DNA of 64,000 nucleotides. Source: Candidatus Latescibacterota bacterium (GTDB lineage Bacteria; Latescibacterota; UBA2968; SICM01). The stretch covers positions 5,056,001-5,120,000 of the forward strand of contig CBDCJO010000002.1 of assembly GCA_965217865.1 (NCBI GenBank), given 5' to 3'. The first letter of the stretch is position 1; each line of letters begins with the position of its first letter. Positions 1 to 11,699 of the stretch are shown here, piece after piece. The notes under the pieces were generated by a model, which was given only the letters and a program-made list of their open reading frames with translations, searched no databases and was not told the origin of the DNA. Position numbers and translations under genes: made by a program.

Positions 1-349
1 GTACGGTACCGTCCTCTCCAAAAGGGCCGTGAAGTACCGGGAAGACCACGTCGACGGGTCCCAACGGGCCTTTTTGGCCTGAAATACCGACAAGCTTCTC
101 ATCGGGATTTCCAGGAACCAGCGCAACGTTCTGGGCCGAAGGGTTTAGCCGGATCAGGCTGGGATCGTCAGAGTTCAAAAGGAACTCCGGCGAATCGTTC
201 AAAGACCACCCGCCGCTTTTGTCGATGCCGATCAGGACGACCTCATATTTTTCCCTATCGATCGCTTCCACGATATTTTTCGCCGACTGAAGGGAGACTT
301 CGTGTTCGGCTGATTTCCCCCCGAAGAGGATCCCGACCCGGATCTTCAT
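1..349 (-). CDS. ddl: D-alanine--D-alanine ligase, N-terminal part (runs off window start)
   Basis: Manual translation from ATG 349: MKIRVGILFGGKSAEHEVSLQSA...DVVFPVLHGPFGEDGTV, hallmark Ddl motifs; absent from the ORF track because it is truncated. Confidence 0.93.
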   Translation of the reverse strand, partial: MKIRVGILFGGKSAEHEVSLQSAKNIVEAIDREKYEVVLIGIDKSGGWSLNDSPEFLLNSDDPSLIRLNPSAQNVALVPGNPDEKLVGISGQKGPLGPVDVVFPVLHGPFGEDGTV

Positions 350-541
350 AACCGCATTTTCCTCTGTTGCAACTTCATTCCCATACGAATGAACCGATCG
401 AGAAAATCGAAAGTAATAATCGAAAGTGTTAGGATGTTCAAATCAATAAATTTGGTTCCAGATCAATAAAGTTGATGCATCCCACGATCAATAGAAACCG
501 TTAAAAGCCCAGCGGTATTGTGAGTGAATGGATTGTGTCCG

Positions 542-1372
542 TCAAGGCAGTTCCCCGAACAGGTAGGCCACCAACGTGTCTTGCTCCCGATAGTCCGGTA
601 CGATTATGTCTGCGCCCGCATCGATCAAACGTTTCCGTTTCCACGCGTCGATTCCTTCCCGATTCACTTCATCCGAGGCTACCCCCACGGCGATGCCTCC
701 GGCCTCTTTGGCATCGTGAATCTCCACGTAGCCGTCGCCGAACACCACGAGTCCACTGCCGCTCATATTGTGCTTACGCAGGATTTTCTCGATGAGCATT
801 TTTTTTGAGAATTTTTCAAAATCGTCCTGAGCGCCGTAGATGCCCCCGTCGAAGATATTCGATACCCCGAGAGCATCCACCTCATGCCTCACGTAAGCTT
901 CGTCCGTTCCGCTGGCAAGGTAGAGGCTAACGCCTTTTCCCCTGAGATTTTCGAGAAACTCGAAGACACCGGGAACCACGAAATGAGAAGGTGGGATGGA
1001 TCCATCCTTTAAGGCGGAAAGGCGTCCCGAGATGTGAGACAACAGCCGATCGTGGTAAATTTGTTTATAGGCGAGCGGTTCGAGGGGCGTCCCGCCGCGC
1101 TTTTTCACCTCCTCGACGAGGCGTATCATCTGATAGATCGTCTGCTGGCCGGTTAACAGGTCGACATAATCTGTGACCGCCGAAGTCAACTCCGACTCCG
1201 TCTCCCCAGTCTGAAGTGAAGACAGGATCTCCACCATCATAGGGGTCATGACTTTCTGCCAGCCTTCTCGGAGGAGGGAGATGGTTCCGTCGAAGTCAAA
1301 CAGGGCATGCCCGCGAACCGGAAGATCGCGGACGATCTCAATCTGGGTGTCGGCGAGTGATCGGGTTGTCAT
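542..1372 (-). CDS. HAD-superfamily hydrolase
   Basis: Motif I FDFDGT, LASGT, C-terminal FGDG. Confidence 0.85.
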   Translation of the reverse strand: MTTRSLADTQIEIVRDLPVRGHALFDFDGTISLLREGWQKVMTPMMVEILSSLQTGETESELTSAVTDYVDLLTGQQTIYQMIRLVEEVKKRGGTPLEPLAYKQIYHDRLLSHISGRLSALKDGSIPPSHFVVPGVFEFLENLRGKGVSLYLASGTDEAYVRHEVDALGVSNIFDGGIYGAQDDFEKFSKKMLIEKILRKHNMSGSGLVVFGDGYVEIHDAKEAGGIAVGVASDEVNREGIDAWKRKRLIDAGADIIVPDYREQDTLVAYLFGELP

Positions 1373-2449
1373 CGGCTTTCTTCTTCTTCAATCGGGCCGA
1401 TGTCGATCATGCGGGGGCCTGAAGCGATGTAGTCTTCGGTCTTGAACACGTCCATGTTACGGAGACGCTTTGTGACCGCTGCGATGCGTTTGACCTGGCT
1501 TTCGATCTGACGGAGACGCTTTGCCGTCTTTTCGTCGACCTGACTGTTGGCCAAGCGAAGGAGCTGGGCATTCGCAAGGATGCTGGTAAGGGGGTTGTTG
1601 ATTTCGTGGTTGACGGTTATCACGAGTTCTCGGACGGCCTCGAGTTTCTCAGCTCGTATCTGTGTCGCTCGAAGATTCTCTTCCAGGCGGGTCCGATCGG
1701 TGACATCTTCTGAGACTTGGATTGCCCCGATGATCTCTCCCTTCTGTCCCTTCAGGGGGGTGATCTCGACGGAAAGTATGAGTTCTCCCTCGCCGGAGTC
1801 GTATACCTGGCGGGGATTTTCGTAAGACTCACCCCTCGTCAGAACCATTTGTTTGATTTCCTCCCATGTCTCCCCTGAGGGACTCGGCATCAAATCGGAG
1901 ATAGGAGTCCCGACGGCTTCGACGATGCTCACCCAGATGCCGAGGCGGCGGAGAAACTCCTCCTGTTTTAGGTTCCAGGATGTGATCTGCATCTCCCGAC
2001 CCATCACGACAACGCCGATCTGGATGTTGTCGAGGATGTCCTCCAGATATCGGGGCGTTTTGGAGGGTCTCTTCGATCCGAAACTGCTGGGTCACATCGT
2101 GGAAGATGAGCGTGAACACGGGTGGATCGGATTTTTCGAGGAGGGTAGCCGTTACGTCGTAAAAATGGCCGGATCGCTCCCACTTGAAATTCCCCTCATC
2201 ATCGAATGTTCGGAGACGGGGCGCTGTGGCCTCCCATTGTTCACGAAGCCCCCTATCTGATGATATGGTCCCGGCAAGTTCCGATAGGGCTTTCGAAATC
2301 CGGTCAGGCCGGGCGCGCAATCCGAAAATGGAAAACCCCTTTCTGCTGCATGAGAGGGGTTTCATATCTAGGTCGACTGTAAGGACCGCACCGGGAAAAT
2401 TCAACTGAATGGGGGGAAGCTCTTTCGATGGGAAGGAGGATCTTGGCAT
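1369..2449 (-). pseudogene. PAS-domain + HisKA-only signalling protein, frameshifted near 2052-2055
   Basis: ORFs 1829..2449 and 1369..2007 join as ...ETLQNA|RYLEDILDNIQIGVVVMG... if one C of a C4 run is removed; H-box NHEINNPLT; no HATPase domain follows. Confidence 0.75.
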
Positions 2450-2457
2450 CGAGGGAT

Positions 2458-3286
2458 TTATATCCTGATGATATCGGACAACTGATCGTTCATCGCATTC
2501 ATGATCTCCTGGATGTCTTCGACAGATAACTGAAGAAGATTGAGGGCTTCAGACGAGACCACCGGCACTTTCCTGTCGCCTCCGAACCCAAATCCCTCGG
2601 CGCGGACCAGGATATCGGCCAGATGTACTACCGCGGTCCGATCTGCATTTGTCCGAACGGGGTGGAATTCGTGATGATGAGAAATCGGCTCCCGGATCGG
2701 GGACGGAAGTTGCCATTTTTGCAGCAACCATCCACCGATGTTGGCGTGTGTGACGCCCATCACCTTCTCTTCAGCTTCGTAAAAAAGCATGTCGTCGTCC
2801 TTGACCAGTTTGGTGACCGCATCAATTTCCTCCGTGAGGTTCTCCTGCATGACGACCTTACCGAGGTCGTGCAGGAGGCCCGACACGCTGACTTCCTCCG
2901 GTTCCGGCATGTCCAGGTGTTTGGAGATAATTCCGCAGGTACGGGCGCATGCCAGAGAGTGCTCCCAGAGACCGACCATCGATTGCGACATCATGTCAAG
3001 CACGGAAGTGGTCAGAACCAGGGTCTTGACCACGTTGAATCCCAACAGGACCATCGCGTGCGGGATGGTCCTGTTGGGTTGGGAAAAACCGTAAAAGCCC
3101 GAGTTAACAAGCTTAAGGACTTTGGCGGAAAGGACCTGGTCTTTTGCGATCTCCTTTCCCACATCCGAGGCGGTGACATTCGGCGTTTCGAGCATGTGAG
3201 TGATGTGGGTGATGATACCGGGAAGCGTGGGGAGGGAAGTGATTTTCTCCACGACGCACGACGCGACGAAGATTTTTGCCTTCCAT
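2458..3286 (-). CDS. HDOD-domain protein; 5' end disrupted by a 7-bp tandem duplication (in-frame GTG restart at 3252)
   Basis: LPTLP, DQVLSAKVLKLVNS, GLLHDLGK, THANIG..W.LP; ATG 3286 overlaps the upstream TGA and is in frame only if one ACGACGC copy (3251-3264) is removed. Confidence 0.85.
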
Positions 3287-3699
3287 CACTCGACCGCCTT
3301 CTCCCGTGCCAGGATATGATCTCGTGCAAACGACTTGATGCTCATCATTACAGGGTTTTTCTCCAAACCCGCAAACCGAATTTCGAGATCAGCCAGGAAT
3401 TCTTCGGTGGTCTTTGGGGGCGGGGCGGAAGGGTCGTGGCCTTCGATGGTGACTTCGTCGATGCCTCGGCGCCTCAGGCTGTCAACAGTGAAAATCGTCA
3501 ACCGGCCCCCTTTGGGCAAGATGACCATCCCCTTTTCGTTGGTGACCGGTTTGGCGAGTTGATCGCCCGAACGGACCTTATCGATGGATACAGTATATCC
3601 CGAGCTCGGATCTTTTCCAGTAGCCCGAAAACTTACTCGTGAACCATTCCTGTGAGGACCGGATAAGGGCATTGAAACCGCCCCACGTCCATTGTACAA
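3286..3699 (-). CDS. Small protein resembling the N-terminal accessory domain of HD-GYP/HDOD partners; start uncertain
   Basis: VSIDKVRSGDQLAKPV..KGMVILPKGGRLT...L.RRGI.EV.I pattern; the only in-frame starts lie inside the upstream gene. Confidence 0.55.
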   Translation of the reverse strand: MYNGRGAVSMPLSGPHRNGSRVSFRATGKDPSSGYTVSIDKVRSGDQLAKPVTNEKGMVILPKGGRLTIFTVDSLRRRGIDEVTIEGHDPSAPPPKTTEEFLADLEIRFAGLEKNPVMMSIKSFARDHILAREKAVE

Positions 3700-4318
3700 T
3701 TCGGTCCCTGCCGGTCAAATCCCTGAAGAACCATCCTCGGTCCACGGTAAGAGGCAAGGCGCGGCTGAGTTCAATCATGGCCCTGTCGTAGACCCCCCGT
3801 ATCATCAGATCGGCGTGGCGGGTGATTTGCTCGGGGTTGAGGACCCTGGATTTCGTGCAAATGGTTGTGGATTCGATCGCCAGAAAACCGTTGATCCATT
3901 TCACCGGGATTAAATCCTTATTCCGGTGGGCGGTTTTGAGGAGGTGTTCCTGTCTGAGGACACCGTAGGTCCGGCACGTGAGGGGACGTACGGGATGGAT
4001 GGCGCATTGTCCCGAATCTGTGAGAAAAGGGCATCTTGCCGGTCTCTCCTCGATCACGCCAAATACTCGATCTCGCTCCTCAGGCGGGAAGACCGCCTCT
4101 ACGTACTCAACGATATTGAGGTATTCGACGGCATAGAGGGGATACATCGTAGCGAAATCGGACCGCATCTCTTCGGGGGTCAACTCACAGCATTGGCCGG
4201 GACGGTCACATTCGCAAGAGGTGTTTGGAATCCCACTGTATATCTGGTTGAGCGTCGTCCTGAAATCTTCACCTTGGCGATGATTTTTTAAGTTAAGCAC
4301 GTTGTCGATCATTGTCAA
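3578..4318 (-). CDS. YkgJ-family (CxxCxxCC-type) cysteine-cluster protein
   Basis: CECDRPGQCC ... RCPFL...CAIHPVRPLTCRTY. Confidence 0.8.
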   Translation of the reverse strand: MTMIDNVLNLKNHRQGEDFRTTLNQIYSGIPNTSCECDRPGQCCELTPEEMRSDFATMYPLYAVEYLNIVEYVEAVFPPEERDRVFGVIEERPARCPFLTDSGQCAIHPVRPLTCRTYGVLRQEHLLKTAHRNKDLIPVKWINGFLAIESTTICTKSRVLNPEQITRHADLMIRGVYDRAMIELSRALPLTVDRGWFFRDLTGRDRIVQWTWGGFNALIRSSQEWFTSKFSGYWKRSELGIYCIHR

Positions 4319-4354
4319 CTCATTTCAACCGACTTGCATCTAGAGGTGCATGTG

Positions 4355-5650
<1,296 letters not shown>

Positions 5651-5669
5651 TCAAGCGTGTATCTAGGGG

Positions 5670-6401
5670 TCACCCCGCCCTGAACATCTCGATCGCCTCT
5701 TTCAAGTCCACACGACCTTCATAAAGAGCCGTTCCCACGATTGCTCCATCCACTCCGACGTGTTCGAGGGTTGCTATTTCCTTAAGGTCGTCGATGGAGG
5801 AGATGCCTCCGGAGGCGATCACCTTTAATCCGGTGGCGATCGCGAGTTTTCCAGTGGCCTCCACGTTCGGCCCGGATAGCGTTCCGTCTGTAGAGATATC
5901 CGTGTAGATCACTCTCTCGATCCCAACGGCTTTCATATCCATGGCAAGGTTCACGGCACTCATTCTTGAGATTTCCACCCAACCCTCGACAGCGACGTGT
6001 CCGTCTTTCGCATCGACGCCGGCCAGGATCCGGTCGGGGCCGAATTCTTCGACCGCCGAGCGAACCGTATCGGGGTTTTGCACGGCCAGGGTGCCCAGGA
6101 TGACGCGATCAAGCCCCATTTCCAGCAGGTCGGAAATCGTCTTAAGGGATCGAACACCCCCGCCGAATTCGACGGGGATAGCGATGTTTCCCAAGATTTT
6201 TTTGACAACCGCTAGATTTTGAGATTGTCCCTCGAATGCCCCGTCCAGGTCCACCAGGTGAAGATAACTCGCTCCAAGTTCCTCCCATTGCCTGGCCACC
6301 GCAGATGGATTGTCGGAGTAGACGGTTTCATCCTCTTTTCGTCCTTGGCGCAACTGGACGCATCGCCCCTGTTTCAGATCCATGGCCGGGATGATGATCA
6401 T
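5670..6401 (-). CDS. hisA: ProFAR isomerase HisA
   Basis: IIPAMDLKQG.CVQL.QG, HLVDLDGA, GGGVR, YTDI..DGTLSGPN, ASGG. Confidence 0.97.
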   Translation of the reverse strand: MIIIPAMDLKQGRCVQLRQGRKEDETVYSDNPSAVARQWEELGASYLHLVDLDGAFEGQSQNLAVVKKILGNIAIPVEFGGGVRSLKTISDLLEMGLDRVILGTLAVQNPDTVRSAVEEFGPDRILAGVDAKDGHVAVEGWVEISRMSAVNLAMDMKAVGIERVIYTDISTDGTLSGPNVEATGKLAIATGLKVIASGGISSIDDLKEIATLEHVGVDGAIVGTALYEGRVDLKEAIEMFRAG

Positions 6402-6506
6402 CGAGGGCCGGAACGGAAGATGTGAGGTGGAAGAAGAGAGGTAAACACACCGAGCCGAAATAAAATCGCGCTTCGGAGGTCCGATTGGGCCTGTCCCGGT
6501 ACCGCG

Positions 6507-7109
6507 TTAAACCAACTCGGCGAAATTTTTCAGGATTCGCAATCCGATGTCCTGGCTCTTCTCCGGATGGAACTGGATTCCGAAGAGGCGGTTCCGGCCA
6601 ACTGTCGAGGCATATTCGATACCGTAATCGGTCATAGTCACGGTATCCTCGGGTTCCTCTGGATCTACAAAGTAGGAGTGGACAAAGTAGAAGAAGGCCG
6701 CGTCGGGGACACCTTCCAGGATCGGGACGGACTTCCGGATATGGACCTGATTCCAACCGATGTGCGGAACCCGCAGAGACGAGGGAAACCGACGGACCCG
6801 GCCGGGGAAGAGATCAAGGCCTTCGTGGGAGCCGTGTTCCTCACTCCGGGTGAAGAGAAGTTGTTGGCCCAGACAGATCCCAAGGAGGGGAACCTTTCGG
6901 TCCACCGCTGCAAGGATGGGATCGATCAAACCGGCCTTTCTCAGGTTGGACATGGCCTCACCAAAGGCCCCGACACCGGGCAGGACGAGTTTCCCCGCTT
7001 TTTCCAAATCCTCCGCGCGACTGGTGATGAAGGCGGGATTTCCTCCGTGCTCGAAGGCCTTCTGGACGCTGCGGAGGTTTCCCATCCCGTAATCGATGAT
7101 CGCGATCAT
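6507..7109 (-). CDS. hisH: Imidazole glycerol phosphate synthase, glutaminase subunit
   Basis: IDYGMGNL.SV, LPGVGAF, GICLG, PHIGWN, YFVHSY, QFHPEKS. Confidence 0.98.
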   Translation of the reverse strand: MIAIIDYGMGNLRSVQKAFEHGGNPAFITSRAEDLEKAGKLVLPGVGAFGEAMSNLRKAGLIDPILAAVDRKVPLLGICLGQQLLFTRSEEHGSHEGLDLFPGRVRRFPSSLRVPHIGWNQVHIRKSVPILEGVPDAAFFYFVHSYFVDPEEPEDTVTMTDYGIEYASTVGRNRLFGIQFHPEKSQDIGLRILKNFAELV

Positions 7110-7130
7110 GTGCTTGGCAGCACTCCCTCT

Positions 7131-7958
7131 CTAAGTCGAATTTGTGGGTTTTCCAAGTTCGATAGAACGACGGGTCGCGGCCTCCACCGCGGACATCAAT
7201 GCATCTCGAAAACCTCTTTTTTCGAGAGCCTGGAGGCCTGCGATTGTCGTTCCGCCAGGGGAGGTCACACTATCCTTCAATATGGCAGGGTGATCTCCGC
7301 TTTCGGCAACCATCCGGGCGGCCCCTAAGACGGTATGTGTGGCCAACTGAAGGGCAACCGATTTTGGGAGCCCCATGTTGACCCCGCCGTCGGCAAGGGC
7401 GTCGATAAGGAGATAGATGTAGGCCGGACCGCTTCCGGAGAGACCAGTCACGGCATCCATGTGCTTTTCCTCGACCCGGACGGTAGGCCCGGCCGAACCT
7501 ATGATTTTGCTCGCAGTCTCGACGTGTTCAGATGTGGCGTGGCGCCCGGGGCATATCGCAGAAATCGATGCTCGAATCTTCGCCAGGATATTGGGCATCA
7601 CGCGGACAACGGGGTTTGAGGATCCCAGCCCCGATTCGATCCTCTGCGTGGAAACCCCTGCCATAATGGAGATGATGAGACAATCGCTATTCAACCCCGG
7701 TGAGATTTCCCCCAGAATTATGGATGCTTCCTGAGGTTTGATACACAGTATGACGACTTCCCTTCCATCCGCTGCGGACCGATTATCCTGGACCGTCGAT
7801 ACCCCCCATTTTTCGGCCGCCGCCGTCAAGGCAGCCGGGTCGGAATCCGAGACAAAGATATTTGAAGAGGGAATGAGACCGGATTGGACAATGCTGCCGA
7901 TCATTGCCCGGCCCATGTTTCCGGCGCCGATCACGGCTATGCTTGTGTCTTGAATCAT
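7131..7958 (-). CDS. proC: Pyrroline-5-carboxylate reductase
   Basis: IGAGNMG, RVMPN, SGSGPAY, VTSPGGTT. Confidence 0.97.
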   Translation of the reverse strand: MIQDTSIAVIGAGNMGRAMIGSIVQSGLIPSSNIFVSDSDPAALTAAAEKWGVSTVQDNRSAADGREVVILCIKPQEASIILGEISPGLNSDCLIISIMAGVSTQRIESGLGSSNPVVRVMPNILAKIRASISAICPGRHATSEHVETASKIIGSAGPTVRVEEKHMDAVTGLSGSGPAYIYLLIDALADGGVNMGLPKSVALQLATHTVLGAARMVAESGDHPAILKDSVTSPGGTTIAGLQALEKRGFRDALMSAVEAATRRSIELGKPTNST

Positions 7959-8035
7959 GGCTTTCCTTGGGTCACACCACGGGTTAGAAAAAAGACGATC
8001 AGGTTTAAATCGACTATTCCAGAGGGGGACTTTGA

Positions 8036-8064
8036 AATATATCCAACCGATGGTCCAATGTCAA
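8036..8064 (-). promoter_or_regulatory. sigma70-like promoter upstream of proC
   Basis: TTGACA-17 bp-TATATT on the minus strand. Confidence 0.6.
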
Positions 8065-8100
8065 AAGAAAAAAGCGGAAGGTTCAGGAAACCTCCCGCTT
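8063..8100 (-). terminator. Intrinsic terminator after ilvE
   Basis: AAGCGGGAGGTT/AACCTTCCGCTT stem followed by a T-tract on the minus strand. Confidence 0.7.
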
Positions 8101-8123
8101 AAAAGGGTGGAAAAATCTGGGTT

Positions 8124-9053
8124 TCAGACCGGGGTCAGCCATCCGTAGCGGTCTTCAACCTCCCCCGACAGGATGGCGAAGAAGCCGTCCTGGACTTTCT
8201 TGGTGATTTCTCCCCGGACACCGTTTCCGACCGGGATATTATCGATCGTGCTTATCGGCGTAATCTCAGCGGCGCTCCCCGTAAAGAAGACTTCATCGGC
8301 GATATAGAGGGACTCCCTGGGGATCGACCGCTGTTCCACTCGAAACCCAAGGTCGCGAGCTATCGTGATGGCCGAGTGCCGGGTGATGCCCGGGAGTATG
8401 GAGTGTCCTGTGGAAGGCGTGTATATCGCGCCGTTCTTGATGATAAAGATGTTCTCTCCACTCCCCTCGCTCACATATCCCTGCGTATCCAGGGCGATGG
8501 CCTCGCTGTAACCACCGGCGAGAGCCTCCATCTTGATGAGCTGGGCGTTCATATAATTGCCTCCGGCTTTTGCCAGAGAGGGGAGGGTATTGGGGGCCAT
8601 CCGGTTCCAGGAGGAGGTGCAGACAGATACCCCTTTCTCAAGGGCTTCGGCTCCCAGATATTGGCCCCACTCCCACACCGCGATCACCACCTCGACCGGG
8701 CATTCGGCAGGATTCACGCTTAACTTTCCATACCCACCATATCCCCTGAAGACGATCGGCCGGACATAACAACCCCGAAGCCCGTTCACGCGGATGGTTT
8801 CGAGAATCGCGGAGGTTATGTCATCGGACGAATACGGAATCGGCATCCGATAGATTTTTGCAGAGTCGAACAAGCGACTGACGTGTTCCTTGAGGCGGAA
8901 GCATGCCGGGCCTATCTTTGTGTCGTAACAACGCATTCCTTCAAATACGCTTGAGCCGTAGTGGATGACGTGCGAGAGGACGTGGATTTTGGCATCGTCC
9001 CAACTGGAGAATTGGCCGTTGAACCAGATCTTGTGCTCTTTTGTTGATTCCAT
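8124..9053 (-). CDS. ilvE: Branched-chain amino acid aminotransferase
   Basis: [42 protein letters not shown]. Confidence 0.97.
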   Translation of the reverse strand: MESTKEHKIWFNGQFSSWDDAKIHVLSHVIHYGSSVFEGMRCYDTKIGPACFRLKEHVSRLFDSAKIYRMPIPYSSDDITSAILETIRVNGLRGCYVRPIVFRGYGGYGKLSVNPAECPVEVVIAVWEWGQYLGAEALEKGVSVCTSSWNRMAPNTLPSLAKAGGNYMNAQLIKMEALAGGYSEAIALDTQGYVSEGSGENIFIIKNGAIYTPSTGHSILPGITRHSAITIARDLGFRVEQRSIPRESLYIADEVFFTGSAAEITPISTIDNIPVGNGVRGEITKKVQDGFFAILSGEVEDRYGWLTPV

Positions 9054-9093
9054 AATTCAGGCTCCTGTGATCGTTTTGATGTCCATAAACTTT

Positions 9094-10818
9094 CTACCGG
9101 AGGTCTTTCACCCTGAGCTGGATGGTTTTTTTACCTTTCCATTCGTTTTCATCTATGACGTAAGCGATATCGAGATTGGGTTCTCCGGGGTTGAGACGAT
9201 AGAGGAGATGGCCCATACCAAACCCGATACAGTCGAGAATTTTATTTTCCTGTCGTGCTTTGAAGCGCACGTGATTTTTCCCAACCACAGAAGGAGAACC
9301 GACCACTTCGACTCCGCGGGATGCAAGTGTGGGACGCAAGTTCAGAGGTCCGAATGGCGCGAAATCCTTCAAGGTGTTTACCAGCCGCTCATCGATCTGA
9401 CCGAGGGTCAATTCTTCGTCGATGACAATTTTGGGGGTCAGGTCATCAGGTGAGAGGGTATCGATAGCCACGTGTTTAAAGGCTTCCCTGAAACCGTCCA
9501 GCCTTTCTCGTTCAATCGTCAAACCCGCAGCATACTTATGTCCTCCGAAGGCAAAGAGATGGTCCTGACATTTCACGAGTGTTCCGAATAGATCGAAGCC
9601 GGGGATACTCCTCGCGGACCCCTTTCCCTTGGTGCCATCCATGGCGATCAGGATCGTAGGGAGGTAGACCATTTCGGCGATACGTGAAGCGACGATTCCG
9701 ATAACCCCCGGGTGCCATGTATCGGAGGCCAGGACGATCGCGTGATCCTTTTCGAGGTCTACCTCGTCATCGATCATATCGAGGGCCTCGGACAAGGTTC
9801 GGTCGTCTGTTTCTCTTCGAAGTTGGTTCTGGGTTTCGAGACGATGGGCAGCTTGAACGGCAATTTCAGGGTCATCCGTCGTGAGCATTTGAACCGCGTC
9901 GACCGCATTTCCCATTCGCCCGACCGCATTGATTCGTGGCGCCAGCACGAAGACCACCTGGCCTGTGCCGATGGTTTTTCCCTTCAGGCCGACATTTTCG
10001 ATCAGGGCTTTAAGCCCAACGTTACACGTGGTCTGCATACGTTCCAGCCCGTGTTTGACCAGGACGCGGTTTTCACTGATAAGGGGCACGATATCAGCCG
10101 CGCAACCGAGGGCAACCAGATCCAGGTCTTCGTAAAGTTGATTGTGGTCCAGACCCTGTCTTCTGAAGAGGGCATCCGAGAGTTTAAACGCCAGGGCCAC
10201 ACCCGACAGGTCCTTAAAGGGATACTCGCAGTCCTCCCGTTTGGGATCGATCACGGCTACCGCGTTGGGAAGGGATCCGGGCTGATGATGGTCGGTGACA
10301 ATGATATCGATTCCGTTCTGCCGTGCATATTCGATTTCCTGGCAAGCCGTGATACCACAATCGACAGAAATCACAAGCTTGACTTCCCGCCGAAGGGCCT
10401 CGTGGATTCCGACCTGGGAAATACCGTATCCCTCCTTGATGCGATGGGGTATGTAAAAAGAGACCTCCGCATTCAATCCTCTAAGGGCCCTGAGCAGAAC
10501 GGCCGTGCTGGTCACACCGTCCACGTCGTAGTCGCCATAGACCATGATCCGTTCACCCTTTTGGATCGCCTCAAAGATTCGATCCACGGCGGGCTCCATG
10601 TCGGTGAGCAGGAATGGGTCCAGAAGCTGGTCGAGGGAAGGGTTCAAGAAATCTTGTGCGGAGGCGATGTCCGTTATGCCCCTGTTGAGCAGGATTCTGG
10701 CAACGACGGAGGGAATGGATAGGTCCCGTTTCATCTGCCCCAGCAGGTGGGAATTCGTCTTTCCAGACAACACCCACTTGGGCTCAACATTTCGAGAAAG
10801 TATCCTTCTTCCTTCCAC
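9094..10818 (-). CDS. recJ: Single-stranded DNA exonuclease RecJ
   Basis: GDYDVDG, VDCG, TDHH, PRINAVGR, GSARS, GGHKYAAG. Confidence 0.98.
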   Translation of the reverse strand: MEGRRILSRNVEPKWVLSGKTNSHLLGQMKRDLSIPSVVARILLNRGITDIASAQDFLNPSLDQLLDPFLLTDMEPAVDRIFEAIQKGERIMVYGDYDVDGVTSTAVLLRALRGLNAEVSFYIPHRIKEGYGISQVGIHEALRREVKLVISVDCGITACQEIEYARQNGIDIIVTDHHQPGSLPNAVAVIDPKREDCEYPFKDLSGVALAFKLSDALFRRQGLDHNQLYEDLDLVALGCAADIVPLISENRVLVKHGLERMQTTCNVGLKALIENVGLKGKTIGTGQVVFVLAPRINAVGRMGNAVDAVQMLTTDDPEIAVQAAHRLETQNQLRRETDDRTLSEALDMIDDEVDLEKDHAIVLASDTWHPGVIGIVASRIAEMVYLPTILIAMDGTKGKGSARSIPGFDLFGTLVKCQDHLFAFGGHKYAAGLTIERERLDGFREAFKHVAIDTLSPDDLTPKIVIDEELTLGQIDERLVNTLKDFAPFGPLNLRPTLASRGVEVVGSPSVVGKNHVRFKARQENKILDCIGFGMGHLLYRLNPGEPNLDIAYVIDENEWKGKKTIQLRVKDLR

Positions 10819-10859
10819 GGAAAGATTCCTCCTATTATTTCTACACGGAATTCGGGTCG

Positions 10860-11699
10860 TTATGAAACTTCCTGTACTGCCCTTGAGAGATTTTCGAATT
10901 CGGGGATGCTCATCGTCTCCGGCCGGCGCTGGAGATCGATACCGGAACGGGATGCGATCGCTTCCAATTGAGAAGGTCCCAGAGGGTGTCCCGGGAGACT
11001 ACGAAGGGTCCCTCGAAGCATCTTTCTTCGTTGGCCGAATGTCCATCGAACAACCTGGAAAAAGGTCCCTTTGATTGAGGGGGACAACGTATAAGCCGGC
11101 TGGCGCAAGTCGATATCCAGCAGGGTGGATCGGACCCGAGGGGACGGCCTGAAGGCATGGGGCTCAACATCGAACAGGCGTCGTGGGGTCGCACAAATCT
11201 GCACAGCAATAGAAAGAGAACCGTAATCCTTGCTTCCCGGATTTGCGATGATCCGAAGGGCGACTTCGCGCTGAACCATAACAACAACCTTTCGAATCCC
11301 GAATCCTCCTCCCGCGAACCGAAGGATCAACGGGGTCGCAATGTTGTAAGGGAGGTTTCCGACCACCAGTGCACCTGCGTGGTGGTGGTCCCGCGCGATC
11401 GCTCCAAAGTCGACCTCCAGGGCGTCGGCATTAAGGATGTGAAAGCCCTCTGCTGACCCGAAGCGATTCGAAAGGAGGTCGCATAAACCTCGATCGAGTT
11501 CGATTCCCACGACGTTTCGGCCCCGTTGAATCAAAAAGCGGGTAAGGGCTCCCTTGCCCGGACCGATCTCAATCACCAGATCCCCCTTTTGAATCCCCGC
11601 GGACTCCGCAATTCTCTGGGCCACACGGGTATCGGTGAGGAAATTCTGGCCGAGGCTTTTTTTGGGACGGAACCCGCGGTGGCGCGCCCCGGGGGTCAC
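10860..11699 (-). CDS. rsmA: 16S rRNA dimethyladenosine transferase
   Basis: KKSLGQNFL, EIGPGKG, GNLPYNI, MVQREVA, QRRKML. Confidence 0.97.
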   Translation of the reverse strand: MTPGARHRGFRPKKSLGQNFLTDTRVAQRIAESAGIQKGDLVIEIGPGKGALTRFLIQRGRNVVGIELDRGLCDLLSNRFGSAEGFHILNADALEVDFGAIARDHHHAGALVVGNLPYNIATPLILRFAGGGFGIRKVVVMVQREVALRIIANPGSKDYGSLSIAVQICATPRRLFDVEPHAFRPSPRVRSTLLDIDLRQPAYTLSPSIKGTFFQVVRWTFGQRRKMLRGTLRSLPGHPLGPSQLEAIASRSGIDLQRRPETMSIPEFENLSRAVQEVS

